Assembly (NCBI GenBank): GCA_016748015.1
Contig: JAAOMT010000658.1
Coordinates: forward strand, 1-12,219
DNA: 12,219 bases
Direction of reading: 5' to 3'
Origin: Geosiphon pyriformis uo1
Taxonomy: Eukaryota > Fungi > Glomeromycota
In this document: positions 10,701-12,219 of the stretch, in pieces
Position numbering within the stretch: the stretch's first letter is position 1
How the letters are laid out: every line of letters begins with the position of its first letter
Program-made: the position numbers and the translations under genes
Notes under the pieces: generated by a model
What the model was told of the DNA's origin: nothing
Seen by the model: the letters and a program-made list of their open reading frames with translations, nothing else
Database searches by the model: none

Positions 10701-11357
10701 TATTTTACTAATCACCATTGACACCTATCAGCCCTTCAAAGCCATTGTCGAATTTATTTTCCAAATTCTCCTTTCACGTAAGTATGTCTTAAAAATTCCC
10801 CCAATACCTTTCCTACTTGAATACTACCATTATTTTAGCTTATATTCATCAAAGACCTTACAAAATAGGTCGCTAAAGAGAGGTATTCCGCAATATTGAA
10901 GGCTGAATCGCTTCTAGTCGGAGAAAACTACTGTATTACTTCCGAAACTGTAGCGAATACAATGGTCCTTCTTTCATAGAAATGTACGTATATAAATTTT
11001 ATATGACTAAACAATATGAATGCAGCTTGCTTCAATGGCGGAATTAAATCTAACTAATATTCCGTTACATAAGGTAACAAGAAAAGGAATTGCAAATAAT
11101 TTTTCAAAGATAATCTATTATAAAAAATAACATTGAAATCTAAATTGCCGTGTGCACTTAAAAACACGTTTTTTATCTCATAAAAGCCAAGAACTGCTTG
11201 ACTCGTCAATACACTACTTGAATAAGTATAAAGGAAACCAGCTAGCAGCATACTCCTAAACAAACATCATCAGAATACTCTAAAGATTTTACTCATTTAG
11301 GCTCTTATTCTCGTTTCCCGAAGATTAAAATTTTTGCTAGTAGAATATCAAACAAGA

Positions 11358-12219
11358 ATGAACTTAATATTACGAAAACAATGCTCACCCGTCTGGCTCT
11401 TGTTTCTTACTGCCTTCCTCCTATTAATTGTCTTTCCACCCCGAGCGATAGCACAATGTTTTGATTACGATTCACTTGATATGAAAAATAGGAAACAAGT
11501 CTATTGTCCATTAGTCACAGATTTCAAATCATCTTTAGAAAAGCAAGAAAAATTACTGACTGTGGCCAATTCGACTAATATGTTTGAGCTCATTTTAAAT
11601 TGCGATATCAAATAATGATAATAAATGCAAGAAAGTTAGAAATGCATTTGTAACTGCCGGAAAAATCATCACCACCACTTTGATACTCACGTCTCCAATC
11701 ATAGTAAAAGCAACTTTCTCGGATATTTGCGTAATAGAGGGCGAATGTTCAAGTTCAAACGGATTGGCGACACTGGGTAGGCGATTATTCTTTTTATAAG
11801 CAAGATATTTTTAGAGTGGCATTTTATATTTGTTTTATGTTGCTTGCTTGATTTGTTCAATACTTTATTAAAATTTTATAAATCCCATAATTAAAATTAT
11901 TTATTGTTTACAGGAGGTGCTATTCCAGCTCGATCAATCCTAATTCAAGATCTTGACGGAAAACAACGACTCTATCCACAAGCACTCGTAAAACAATTCG
12001 GTTATAATACGCACCAAGAATTCAAAGCATATGATATTTTTGCAGAATTTAATTCTAAAATAGATTTCTGGTTTGACAGTGATCCAAATCCAATCAATGC
12101 AACACAGACCGACTTTTTATCACTCATAGTTCATGAATTGATGCACGGCTTAGGGTTTTTTTCAGGTTGGAGCAATTACTTGGGCGATGAAACTGAAGCT
12201 TTGATACCGTACCCAATTT
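11358..12219 (+). CDS. Secreted HEXXH zincin-like putative metallopeptidase; 3'-partial; 1-nt frameshift at about 11610 (pseudogene or sequencing error); exons 11358-11776 and 11914->12219
   Basis: Signal peptide MNLILRKQCSPVWLLFLTAFLLLIVFPPRAIA. After ...LNCDI the +1 frame continues NNDNKCKKVRNAFVTAGKIITTTL...LATL. Intron GTAGG..TTTACAG at 11777-11913. Exon 2 reads GAIPARSILIQDLDGKQRLYPQALVKQF...YDIFAEFNSKIDFWF...DFLSLIVHELMHGLGFFSGW, with HELMH at 12132-12146. Confidence 0.85.

Noticed and set aside
11054-11263. 69-aa minus-strand ORF upstream of the zincin gene
   Set aside because: Non-ATG start in the presumed promoter region, no motif.
1-12219. CRISPR array, tRNA/rRNA or prokaryotic operon
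   Set aside because: No repeat-spacer periodicity or RNA gene signatures. Spliceosomal introns show the DNA is eukaryotic.

Overview
Very AT-rich eukaryotic DNA with short GT-AG introns. The gene families point to a Glomeromycotina/Mucoromycota fungus (inference). The main structure is a kilobase-scale inverted repeat: the left arm (1..2732, possibly continuing past the window edge and containing an 869-N gap) is the reverse complement of the right arm (8317..10422), roughly 98% identical by eye, with one 502-bp segment present only on the left. The 5.6-kb core between the arms holds (i) a decayed Tc1/mariner (IS630-Tc1-mariner DDE) transposase just inside the left arm and (ii) an intact 4-exon class-3 lipase-like gene (5776..7166, 391 aa) with an N-terminal signal or anchor. 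Its catalytic Ser is replaced (GHSLG becomes AYGIG) while the triad Asp and His appear retained. Right of the repeat, a secreted HEXXH zincin-like gene begins at 11358, carries a 1-nt frameshift and runs off the window. The best candidate for a new system is a foldback-like or giant-TIR unit carrying a Ser-less pseudo-lipase as cargo. A plain inverted segmental duplication is the main alternative.
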